From Okamejei kenojei (Eukaryota): a stretch of DNA of 64,000 nucleotides. Position 1 is the first letter of the stretch. Each line of letters opens with the position of its first letter. The notes beneath the pieces are model-generated. The model had not been told where the DNA came from and did not search any database. It was given only the letters and a program-made list of their open reading frames with translations. Location of the stretch: the NCBI GenBank assembly GCA_035221665.1, contig CM069160.1, forward strand, positions 2,976,001-3,040,000, written 5' to 3'. Both the position numbers and the translations under genes were made by a program. Below are positions 51,641 through 63,217 of this stretch, in pieces.

Positions 51641-51773
51641 NNNNNNNNNNNNNNNNNNNNNNNNNNNNNNNNNNNNNNNNNNNNNNNNNNNNNNNNNNNN
51701 NNNNNNNNNNNNNNNNNNNNNNNNNNNNNNNNNNNNNNNNNNNNNNNNNNNNNNNNNNNNNNNNNNNNNNNNN
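51641..51773. other. Assembly gap (133 N), likely location of the missing alpha2 exon
   Basis: N run starts one base after the alpha1 exon end. Confidence 0.9.
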
Positions 51774-51930
51774 GTGTGTGTGGGGGGGGCATGTACCACG
51801 TGTGTGTGGGGTATTGACCACGTGTGTGTGGGGGATGTACCACGTGTGTGTGTGGGGGTATTTACCACGTGTGTGGGGGGGATGTACCACGTGTGTGTGT
51901 GGGGGGGGGGGGTGTACCACGTGTGTGTGT
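51774..51930. repeat. ~22-24 bp tandem repeat (gtgtgtgtgggggatgtaccac)n
   Basis: About 6-7 copies, each junction forming CACGTG. Confidence 0.9.
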
Positions 51931-52087
51931 GATGGGGAATGACTCTCTCCCCAGTCTCTCACCCCACTCTCTCCCCACTCTCTCCTCCCCTCTCTTCCCC
52001 CTCTGCTCATCTCCCCACTCTCGCACTCTCTCTTCCCCTCTCTTTCTCCCGTTCTCTCTCCCCGCCTCTCTTTCAGCCCCCTCTCTC

Positions 52088-53595
52088 TCAATCTTCAATC
52101 TCTCCCTGGACCAGGCAGTTATCCCGTCCTGCCTAAAATCAGCCATAATCGTCCCCAGTGCCGAAGAAGTCCCCCATCACCAGCCTAAACGATTATCGTC
52201 CTGTGGCCCTCACTCCGGTAATCACGAAGTGCTTCAAGAGATTGGTCCTCCAGCACATCAAGGACTATCTCCCTCCAGACTTCGACCCCCACCAGTTCGC
52301 CTATCGCCCAAACAGGTCCACAGAAGACGCCATCACCGTAGCTCTCCACTCTGTGCTGAGCCACCTGGAGCTGGGCAGAGCTACGTCCGGATGCTCTTTG
52401 TGGATTACAGCTCAGCTTTCAATACTATCATCCCGGACATTCTCATCGACAAACTGGTCACTCTCGGCCTCCCCACTCTCACATGTGCCTGGATAAAGGA
52501 CTTCCTCACCAACCGGCCCCAGAGGGTGAGACTCGGCCCCCACCTCTCCTCCACTCGCATGTTGAGTACCGGCTCCCCACAGGGCTGTGTGCTAAGCCCC
52601 CTCCTATACTGTCTCTACACCCACGACTGTAGTCCGGTCCACAACAACAACCGCGTCGTCAAGTTTGCTGACGACACTACAGTAGTCGGACTCATCTCAA
52701 GGGGAGACGAGGCAGCCTACAGAGAGGAAGTCCTGAAGTTGACAACCTGGTGCTCAGAAAACAACCTGGTTCTGAACACCAAGAAAAACCAAAGAGCTCA
52801 TTGTCGACTTCAGGAGGCACAGCACCGACTTAGCTCCCTTATAAATCAACGGTGAGTGTGTGGAGAGGGTCTGCACCTTCCGGTTTCTCGGCGTCCTCAT
52901 CTCCGCTGACATCTCCTGGACAGATAACATCACAGCTGTCATCAAGAAGGCTCAGCAGCGGCCGCACTTCCTGAGGGTCCTCAGGAAGCACAACCTGGAC
53001 TCCAACCTGCTGCTGACCTTCTACCGCTCGTCCATTGAGAGCCTGTTGACATACTGCATTTACAGCATGGTACGGCAGCTGCACCATGGCAGACAGGGAG
53101 AGGCTTCAGAGGGTAGTTAGGGCAGCACAGAAGATCATCGGCTGCCCTCTCCCCTCTCTGATGGACATTTACACCTCCCGCTGCCTCAGCAGGGCGAAGA
53201 ACATTATCAAGGACAGCTCCCATCCTGCATTTGGCCTGTTCAACCTGCTGCCCTCAGGGAGGCGCTATAGGTGCATCAGCACAAGGACAAATAGACTCAA
53301 GAACAGTTTCTTTCCAAAATCCATTATCTCCCTGAACTCACAAATGCTCTGACTTCACAGCCTAACCCCCGGACCTTCAGCTATCCACCTACTGTAATTT
53401 GTACTGTAACTGTAATTCTATTTATGCATTGTCTTTTATAGATATGTATATAGCGCCGCAGAAACGGTGCACCTTATCCCCCCCCCCCCCTTTTTGTTTT
53501 TGCACTGAGTGGGAGCACCTTTTAATCTCATTGTACACGTGTATAGTGACAATAAAAAGGCATTCATTCATTCATTCATTCATTCATTCATTCAA
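52088..53595 (+). mobile_element. Rex1/Babar LINE, 5'-truncated RT with few disruptions, (TTCA)n tail
   Basis: [66 protein letters not shown]; tail at 53561-53593. Confidence 0.93.
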
Positions 53596-54360
53596 CTCAC
53601 TACCCCCACCTCTCTCTCTCTGCCTCTCTCTGTCTCCCTCTGTCTCTCCCACCCTCTCTCACCCCCTCACTTTCCCCCCTTCATCTCCCTCTTCTTTCTC
53701 TTCCCCCTCTGCCTGTCTCCCCACTCTCCCCTCCCCCCCTCTCTCTCCCCTCTCTCTCCCCCTCTCAATCTCCTCTCACTCCCCACTCTCTCACTCCCCC
53801 CTCCCCTCTCACCCCCCTCCTCCTCTCCTCCCTCTCCCCCACTCTCCCCGCTCCCTCTCCCCCTCTGTCTCTCCTTTCTCTCCCCCCCCTCTCTCTCTCT
53901 TCTCTCCCCTTCTGTTTCCCCCCTCTCTCTCCCCTCTCTCTCTGCCCCTATCTCTGCCCCTCTCTCTCTCCTCTCCAATCTCTCCCCTCTCTCCCCCCTC
54001 TCTCCCCTCCCTCTCCCTCCCCTCTCTCTATCGCCCTCTTCTACCCCCGTCTCTCCGCCCCATTCTCTCCCCCCCGCTCTCTCCCATCTGTCCCCCCTTC
54101 CCCCTCTCTCCCCCTCTCTCCCCTCCTCTCTCTCCCTCTCTCTCTCATCCGCCCTTCCCCTCTCTCTCCCCTTCTCTGCGCCACATTTCAACCCCCTCTC
54201 TCTACCCATTCTCTCTCCCCCCCGCTCTCTCCCCCCTCTCTCACCCACCCCTCACCCCGTATCTCCCCACTCTCTCCCCCTCCCCCCCTATCTCCTCTCT
54301 CCTCTCCCATCCTCTCTCCTCTCTCTCTCTCCGCCCTTGTCCCTCCCTCTCTCTCCACTT
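53596..54360. repeat. CT-rich pyrimidine tract
   Basis: Direct inspection. Confidence 0.95.
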
Positions 54361-54361
54361 T

Positions 54362-55292
54362 GACCCCCCTCAATCTCCTAAATTCCGGCGAGTACAAGCC
54401 GAGAATATCCAGTCTTTCTTCATGTGGAAGTCGTGCGTTCGCAGGAATCAGTCTGGTGAACCTTCTCTGTACTCCTTCTATGGCAAGAGTGTCTTTCGTC
54501 AGATTAGGAGACCAAAACTGTACGCAATACTCCAGCTGTGGCCTTACCAGGATCCTATACAACTGCAGTAGAACCTCCCTGCTCTTGTTCTCAAATCCTT
54601 TTGCTATGAATGCTAACATACCATTCGCTTTCTTCACAGCCTGCTGCACCTGCATGCCTACTTTCAATGACTGGTGTAACATGACACCCAAGTCTCTTTG
54701 CATCTCCCCTTTTCCTAATCGGCCACCATTCAGATAATAGTCTACCCTCCTGTTTTTGCCGCCAAAGTGGATAACCTCACATGTATCCACATTATACTGC
54801 ATCTGCCATGCATTTGCCCACTATCCAAGTCACCTTGCAGCCTCCTAGCATCCTCTCCACAGCTAACACTGCCCCCCAGCTTCGTGTCATCCGCAAACTT
54901 GGAGATATTGTATTCATTCCCTCATCCAAATCATTAATATATATTGTAAATAGCTGGGGTCCCAGCACTGAGCCTTGCGGTGCCCCACTAGTCACTGCCT
55001 GCCATTCTGAAAATGACCCGTTTACTCCTACTCTTTACTTCCTGTCTGCCAGGCAGTTCTCTATCCACATCAATACTGAACCCCCAATACCGTGTGCTTT
55101 ATGTTTGTATGCTAATCTCTTATGTGGGACCTTGTCGAAAGCCTTCTGAAAGTCCGGATATAACACATCCACTGGTTCTCCCTTATCCACTCTACTAGTT
55201 ATACCCTCAAAAAATTATATAATATTCGGCAGACATGATGTACCTTTCATAAATCCATGCTGACTTTGTCCAAAGATTTCACCGCTTTCCAA
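54362..55292 (-). mobile_element. CR1 LINE RT fragment
   Basis: [34 protein letters not shown]. Confidence 0.93.
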
Positions 55293-55395
55293 ACCGTCTC
55301 CCCCTCACTGTCACCCCCTCACTGTCTCCCCCTCACTGTCTGCCCCTCACAGTCTCCCCCTCACTGTCTCCCCCTCATTGTCTCTCTCCCCACAG

Positions 55396-55643
55396 TTCAG
55401 CCCGAGGTGAGCATCTTCCTCTCGGCCGATGGCCGCCGCGTGTCGTGCTTCACCACGGGATTCTACCCGCGCTCCATTGAGGCGAACCTGGTGCGGGATG
55501 GCCTGGTCCTGGATGAGAGCCGCTCCCACCGTACGCTGCCCAACCACGACGGCACCTTCCAGCAGCACCGCTGGGCCGACGTGGAGCCCGGGGACCCGAC
55601 CCCGCTCTCCTGCCGTGTGGAGCACCCGGGGCTGCAGGTGTGA
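55396..55643 (+). CDS. MHC class I alpha3 (C1-set Ig) exon, ending early in GTG TGA
   Basis: Acceptor ccccacag|tt (phase 1) after a 14-bp (ccccctcactgtct)n tract; VQPEVSI...SCFTTGFYPRSIE...LPNHDGTFQ...SCRVEHPGLQV*. Confidence 0.92.
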
Positions 55644-55645
55644 AC

Positions 55646-55651
55646 AATAAA
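55646..55651 (+). promoter_or_regulatory. Polyadenylation-signal-like AATAAA 2 nt after the alpha3 stop
   Basis: caggtgTGAacAATAAAcg. Confidence 0.4.
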
Positions 55652-55914
55652 CGACATTAATCTAAATTAAGTGTCCGTCACCTCTTCTGCCAACTCGGCA
55701 ACAGCGGACGTTTAACGGCGTTGCCGTTTCTCTGCTCCACTCATCAGTTCCCCTGGGGCAGGTTCTCTCAGCTTCACCCACCCTTCCCTTCCTCAGACTG
55801 AACCCAGCCGGATCCCCGCCTGTCCATTCCCTCCACGGACGCTGCCTGACCCGCTGTTGCTCCAGCACTCTGTGTTTCGCTCACATTCCTAGCGGTCTCC
55901 CGGCTCCTCGGAAT

Positions 55915-56710
55915 CAAAATCGTTTATTGTCTTTTGAACATCAGTTCAAACGAAATTGCGTTTCTGCAGTCATCATCAAACGAAAAAACCCAAAACACAC
56001 AATTAACACAGTTCCACACAAAACATCCATCACAGTGAATCCCCAAACACCTCCTCACTGTGATGGAAGGCAAAGTCTTATCCATGTTCTCTGTGTGCAT
56101 TCGACTCCCACAGTCAAGCAGTCAAACCGCTGCATCGAGCTGATCGGGGCTCTTGATGTTAGATGTTAGAGCCCCCACCCCCGGCGGGCGATGGTAGATC
56201 CCACGGCCGTTTAAGCCGCGCCGGGCGATATAAGGACCCGCTCCGGGTCGGTTTATACCCCTCGATTCGGGCGGGCGAAGTTTGCCGTTGCGGGAGCTCC
56301 GAAAAGCGATCTCCCACCAGGGACCCGCGAGCTCCCGATGTTACCGTCCACAGGGCCTGCAGCCGAAGCCTCCGAGCTGCGAGGTCGGGTCGCAGCCGCG
56401 CGTCACCACTGCGCTCCGTGCTCCGAAGTCCGCCAACTTGATGGTGAGCCCGCAGGCTCCGCGACTGGAGTCCCAGGTCGATTCCGGCTGGATGCCGCCG
56501 GCTCCACGATGTTAGGCCCCAACGACAACGGCAACGGAGACTCGACAAGGAAAACGTCGGGTCCCCGTACAGGGAAGAGACCAACCATTTCTACCACCCC
56601 CCACAGCTAAAAATAACATAACAACAAAAAATAAGACATCCAATTAACAGGACAAAAAGAAAGAAAAGGCAGACGGACTGCAGAGGCCGCTGCCGACAGG
56701 CGCCGCCATC
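55915..56710 (-). mobile_element. GC-rich non-autonomous retroelement (related to 18966-19398 and 62409-63217)
   Basis: aatcaaaatcgtttattgtc tail; GC-rich body; gacggactgcagaggccgctgcc...ggcgccgccat end. Confidence 0.55.
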
Positions 56711-56714
56711 CTGC

Positions 56715-57952
56715 TGCCCTCGCCGCGGCTGATGAGGGTGAATGAACACCGTGTGTGTCAGGGTCAGGGACCTCACCGTCTTGCCGAGCTGCGCTGCATC
56801 TTCATGGAGTACCCCGAGCTCTCCCCGTTCCCCAATACTTCCCGCGACCCCTCCATTCACCGCGTGTGGCCGCCCCTTACTGCTCCTCTCACAGCGCTTC
56901 AGCTCGCACTGACCTGGACTCACCTCCCCCGCCCCAGCCCTGCCCAAGTTACCAGCTGACCCACGTCACCCTGTACACTCCCCACCCCCACAACGCCGGT
57001 CCGTTTGTGGTTTCCCTGTCTAATCACATCAGGGTTAAGTTATGTACCTTGTCAGAGAGGCATCGAATCATCATACCTCTGTTCCCAGACCAAGAGGAGT
57101 AGGTTTCCGTTCCCTCTGCTCAGCGGTTTGTGCTCCGCGGTCGTCGGACCTGGAGGGAGGCCCGTTCTGCCCTGCTCCGCACTGTTTCCAGGTCCAGACG
57201 ACGGGCGGAACAGCACCGGACCCCTGCCCCTCGCTACCGCCCTGGGCAGAGGGTCTGGCTGTCCAGCCGAGACCTCGTCGTCCGCGTTGAGTCCAGTAAG
57301 TAGACACTCCGGTTTATTTGGCCCATTCACTGTTCTCAGAGTCAGCAACCGTTCTGCTGTCCGCCTTAGGCTGCCCCGGTCTATGCGTATTCACCCCACC
57401 TTCCATGTTACCCGGGTTAAGCCTGAATCTTCCAGCTCCCTGTCTCCCGCTCCTGTGCTACCTCCGCCACCCCGCATCATTGACGGTGGTCCCGCGTACA
57501 TGGTGAAGTGACTGCTGAAGCCCCGGCGGCGTGGCAGAGGGATCCAGTACCTGATTGACTGGGAGGGTTATGGACCAGAGGAGAGGAGCTGGATCCCATG
57601 CCCGTGACATCCTGGACCCTTCCCTCATCCGTGGTTTTCATCAACAGCATCCGGATCCGCCAAGGAGGCCGCCAGAAGGTGTCCGTGGGAGAGGGGCTCC
57701 TGTCACACCTGCCTCGTCTCCAGACAGTTGAGAATCTCCACATTCCTCCCCTGATCTAATGATGAGTTACACCTGCATTCACTCTGCTGCCCTCATCAGT
57801 CAATGGTTATATGCCTGCTATCTACATTCACTCCATATCGACTTATCCGTTCAGTATTCACTCGGTTACCTTCGCGTTTGGATGTTGGTTTTCTCCAGCA
57901 CTTGTCTCGTTGTCCTGCATTCGTGCCCTCTCCATTCCCTCGAATTGTGACA
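56715..57952 (+). mobile_element. Chromovirus (Sushi-like Gypsy) 3' portion: integrase C-terminus, chromodomain, PPT, 3' LTR (57701-57952)
   Basis: GPFTV...[30 protein letters not shown]; PPT gggagagggg; LTR TGTCAC...GTGACA; no 5' LTR found. Confidence 0.9.
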
Positions 57953-58650
57953 CGGTTAACTTGAGTCCCATTAGCTGCAACTCATCAGGGGTGTGATTCA
58001 TTCCAAATAAAATATTTTCACCACAGTGAGGACGTTTATTTTTAGATCTAGGTTAGAATGAAGTAAATTTGCGCCGGTGTGGGTGCCCTTAAGCCTTGGT
58101 AATCTCCAGAATACTTAGTATTTACTGGTGTAATTCTACATTTTGAATTCATTTCATTTGAAATCCATCCAAAATGTATCCAAATTGCTTAGATATTAAC
58201 ATCGAAGTTAGGTGCAGGAGTAGGCCATTCGGCCCTTGAAGCCAGCGCCGCCATTCAATATGATCCTGGCTGATCATCCAAAATCAGTACCCCGTTCCTG
58301 ATTTCTCCCCATATCCCTTGTTTCCTATGAGCTTTCTCGAACTCTCTCTTGAATACATTCAGTGAATTGGCCTCCACTGCCATCTGTGGCAAATAATTCC
58401 ACAGATTCACAACTCCCTGGTGAAAACGTTTTCCCTCATCTCAGTCCTAAACGGCCTACCCTTTATTCTTGGATGATCAGCCATGATCATATTGAATGGC
58501 GGTGCAGGTTCGAAGGGCCGAATGGCGTACTCCTGCAACTATTTTCCATGTTTCTATGTTTCTATGAACGTTGACCCCTGGTCCTGGACTCTACCAAAGT
58601 CGGGCAAGTTTTTTCTGCATCTGGCCTGTCCAATCCCTTAAGAATTTTAT
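57953..58650. repeat. Paralogous copy of the GPCR upstream region 32680-33295, including the shared CR1 tail
   Basis: cggttaacttgagtccca...gcaactcatcagggg..tgattcattcca...gaggacgtttat...gaaatcca.ccaaaatgtatccaaatt.cttag followed by the same inverted CR1 end. Confidence 0.9.
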
Positions 58651-60988
58651 TTGTTTCTATAAGATCCTCTCTCATCCGTTCTATAAGATCATCGCTCATC
58701 CTTCCAAATTTCCGTAAATATAAGCCCAGCTGATCCATTCTTTCATCATATATCAGGCTGCAAGGAGGGACCTTCGGTCAAACTGAAGGAAGGGTGAGGT
58801 GACGCCGCTAATGGTGGCGGCGGAGCAGCACGGCCTCGAAGCTGTGGGTCAGGCTGCGCGCCGAAGGTCTCTCGTGGCTGGCGGCCATCAAGGCAGAGCT
58901 GGACGCGACGCAATGTTTGATTGAGGGGGGGGGGGGGGGGCGACCAGTCAGACCGACGCCTTGGGAATGGGCCCACCTTGCTACGGTCAGGGAGATGCGG
59001 AATAATCGGGGATGGAAGAACAGCAACAGGCCCACCTCAGCTCTCACCACCGGCAACATGTTAATGGACGAATAAATGTGTGTAATGGTGCTGATCAAAA
59101 TGAGATTCGTGGTGCCAAAAATATAGTGATTGCAATGTATATCAGCAGTAAACATGGGATCAAAATCGCTGTTATAAATTGCCGCAGTATAAGTAAAATA
59201 TACTGTGATAAACTCATTTATTGAAACAAAAAATCCTTTTAGCCTTATCGGGTCTGAACCTTAGCCAGACCCATCAATCAAATCTGCTGAGATTTTCCCT
59301 CCTCGCCTCCAATTATTATGGAAAAGACAGAAACTCGCATGCAGGCGGTGTCTTCATCGGAGTTAACAATATCTTTCCTTGTTTTGAATGAACTGATTTA
59401 GACAGTGACTCTGGGCAAATCTGGTGTCAAGCTGCACTTCAACGTCAGTCATTACGGATCGGAAGCTTTTACGGACCATTTGACATGAAATCTGAGCCTC
59501 GTTTAGATTTTAATTTCAACATCTCGAAAATTAACGACACGTCACGCTCTCCACTTATCATCCTGGCTCCACTTATCGTCCCAGCTGTAGATTGGTCTGA
59601 CCGCACATAAGGCGAACCAAAAGAGGCTCTTCAGCAAGCCCTGTCTGACCCTATACTGGAAAATTACCTGTCCCAAAAAGTCACTTACCAGGCGTGATGA
59701 TACAAGTGGCACCGAAAATATTTTAGATTTATTGTTGAATTCGCAGCCAGTTTTAATTCCGGAGGTTTCATCGTGTGCTGGAATCAGCGATTATCATATT
59801 ATCCAAGCAAAACTGCACACAAAGATTAACGTTTTTTCAAAACCACCACGTAAAATTTCTCTCTGCAGAAAAGTGAACAGTGAGGAATTTAAAGACTTGG
59901 CAAAAACTGGGGAAAGATTTCTTCAACCTGCAACCAGATAGAAGACCAGTAAAAGACAACTGGGTGTTGCTGAGGGACTCTTTAAATGACGTTGTTACAA
60001 ATCATGTTCCGCAAAAACTCATGAAGGGCCGTATGTGTCCTCCATGGTTTTCGGCTAAACTGAAACGTCTCTGCAGGAAGAAAGAGAGGTTATATATCTC
60101 CGCGCCAAAAAAAAGGGTACAACACTGGATTGGGAACATTTTACTAGAGTGCGAAAGCAAGTCGATCGTGCTATTAGGAGGGCTCATAGACAGCATTTCT
60201 AATATTTATGCTTCTTATATTCTTGAGGGAGAGCTACCCAATGGTTTTTGGAGATATGTGAAATCTAGACGGACAGACAACACTCGTGTCCAAATGCTTA
60301 AAACTCAGAATTAAAGTAAATGTTATTAGTCACATGCAACGAACGTGCAGTGTGTAATGGTGCGGATCAAAATGAGATTCATGGCGCCACAAATATAGTG
60401 ATTGCCACGATATATCAGCAATAAACATGGGTCAATATCGCTGTTATAAATTGCCACAGGCTAGAAAGAAAATCTACTGTGATAAATTAATTTATTGAAA
60501 CTAAAAATCCTGATAGCCTTATCGGGTCTGAATCTTAGCCAATCAATCAAATCTGCTGAAATGTTCCCTCCTCATCTCCAATTTTTATGGCAAAGACAGA
60601 AGCTCACATGGAGGCGGCGTCTTCATCGGACTTAACAATCTCATTCCTTGTTTTGAAAGAACTGATTTAATCAGCGACTCTGAGCAAATCTGGTGTCAAA
60701 CTACACTTCAAGGTCAGTAGTTACAGAGCGGAAGCGTTTACCGACCACTTGGCCTGACATCCGAGCGCCCTTTAGATTTTAAATTAAACATCTCCAAAAT
60801 TAACGACTCGTCACGCTCTCCACTTATCATCCTGGGGATTGATTTCAATGTCCCAGCTGTAGATTGGTCTGACATAAAGCGAACCAAAAGGGGCTCTTCG
60901 GGAAGCCCTGGCTGACCCTATACTGGAAAATTACCTGTCCCAAAAAGTCACTTTCCCTACCAGGCGTGATGATACAAGTGGTACCGAA

Positions 60989-61818
60989 GGGTAGGTTCAC
61001 AAGGTTAATTTCCCGGGATGGCGGGACTGTCATATGCTGAGAGAATGGAGCAGCTGGGCTTGTACACTCTGGTGTTTAGAAGGATGGATCTTCTTGGTTC
61101 TTGGTTACTTGGTCCTCCAAAATATTCCAACTGGAATTTAAACTGGAGGTGGTGAAGGGAGGGGTTTAGCCAGAGAGGGTTATTGGGAAGAAAGTGCCAC
61201 TTTAAATTTAGTTGCATCTGGCTGGGCAACCGTGGTTTGGTGGAGATTATTCCATGCTTTAATAGTGCGTGGGAAGAACGAATTGCTGTACACATCTGTC
61301 TTTGTGGCTGGGACCACAAATTGGATCGAATGCCCTCGTCTGCTCCTAATTGGTTTGGGGTTGGTGTAGGTCTTGTGATCTATGTCTAGCTGACCATTTA
61401 ACATTTTCAAAAAACATGAGAGGGGATCTCATTGAGACATATACGATTGTTAAGGGCTTGGACACGCTAGAGGCAGGAAACATCTTCCGATGTCGGAGGA
61501 GTCCAGAACCAGGAGCTACAGTTCAAGAATAAGGAGCAAGCCATTTAGAACGGATACGAAGAAACACTTTTTCTCATAGAGAGTGGTGAGTCTGTGGAAT
61601 TATCTGCCTCAGGGCGGTGGAGGCAGGTTCTCTGGATGCTTTCAAGACAGAGCTAGATAGGGCTCTTAAAAATAGCGGAGTCAATGGATATGGGGAGAAG
61701 GCAGCAACGGGGAATTGATTGGTGATGATCTGCCATGATCACATTGAATGTCGGTGCGAAGGGCCAACTGGCCTGCTCCTGCACCTATTGTCTATTGTCT
61801 ATTGTCTATTGTCTATTG
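60989..61818 (+). mobile_element. CR1 3' fragment inserted in the second LINE copy, itself holding an inverted LINE 3' end (61087-61415)
   Basis: Host accgaa|aata junction is intact in copy 1; the inner insert encodes RRGHSIQFVVP..SNSFFPRTIKAWNNL with a (ccaagaa)n tail. Confidence 0.88.
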
Positions 61819-62408
61819 AAAATACTTGAGATTTATTGTTGAATTCGATGCCAGATTTAATTTCGGAGGTTTCATCGTGTGCTGGAATTAGCGATCATTA
61901 TATTATCCAAGCAAAACTGCATACAAGAATTCAAGCTCCTTTAAAACCACCGCGTACAATTTCCCTCGGGCGAAAAGTGAACAGTGAGGAATTTAAAGAC
62001 TTGGCAAAAAAAACTGGGGAAAGATTTCTTCAACCTGCAACCAGATAAAAGACCCGTAAAATACAACTGGGTGTGGCTGAGGGACTCTTTAAATGACATT
62101 GCTACAAATCATGTTCCTCAAAAACTCATAAAAGGCCGGATGCGTCCTCCTTGGTTTTCGGCAAAACTGAAACGTCTCTGCAGTAAGAAAGATACGTTTT
62201 ATATCCGCGCTAAAAAAGCGGTACATCACTGGATTGGGATCATTTTACTAGAGTGCGAAAGCAAGTCGATCGTGCTATTAGGAGGGCTCAAGGAAGACAA
62301 CATTTCTAATATTTATGTTTCTTATATTCTTGAGGGAGAGCTGCCCAAGGATTTTTGGAGATATGTGAAACCTGGACGGACAGACAACACTCGTGTCCAG
62401 ATGCTTAA

Positions 62409-63217
62409 AACTCAGAATCAAAGTAAATTTTATTCGTCACATGCATCCGAAGGTAAGTGAAATGAACGTACGAGCAGCGATACAATCTAAAAGAACACAC
62501 AATACACAATAGGATTGAACACTAACATCCACCACAGCATTCTTCACTGTGGTGGTAGGAAACAAAGTTCAGTCAGTCCTTCTCCTTTGTTCATCAGGGA
62601 CTCTCTGCTGTCGCCGCTACCGACGGCCCGATGTACAGGTCCTCTCGTCGGGATGATCAAACATTCAACGGCGGGACTGACAAACACACTCCGCGGCATG
62701 GAGTGCCCGAATCGACACTTTCTCACCGGAGACGACAGCTTCAGGATGTTATAGGCCGCAGGCCGGCGGTCGGAGTTCTTCTCCGGCGATCCCCAGCAAG
62801 GGATTCCAGACTCCGGATGGTAATTCCAGGCCACGCCCGCGGCTAGAAGCTCCGCAGACCACAGCCCCCCCTGAGGTCTAAATCACCAGGCCAGCGTCAG
62901 AACACTGCTCTTTGGCGAACCCCGACAAGGGTTCCCCCGTTCCGCGATGGAAAATTCCACGCTGCGCCCGCTGCTGAAGCTCTGAAGTTCTGAGCCTGAG
63001 TCCGGGAAAGGCCGCTCCAAACCAAGCTGTTAGGCCGCGAGGGAGGCGGTATAGAAAAAGTCGCCTCTCCATCGAGGAGGCGACCGAAAGCGCCCCCCCC
63101 CCCAACTCTGCACACCAAGAGACACCAAAACTGACATTTAGACACAGAAACGAAGTCGAAATAACGAACACGCTGCTGACAGGGCTGCCGATTCGCAGCG
63201 CGCCCACCTACGGCCGA
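62409..63217 (-). mobile_element. GC-rich non-autonomous retroelement inserted in the LINE ORF2
   Basis: Host reading VQMLK | VNNCQITEDQAKAAAL rejoins across it. Confidence 0.7.

Noticed and set aside
55660-57000. Candidate MHC transmembrane exon
   Set aside because: No hydrophobic exon with suitable splice sites was seen; most of the region is repeat-derived.
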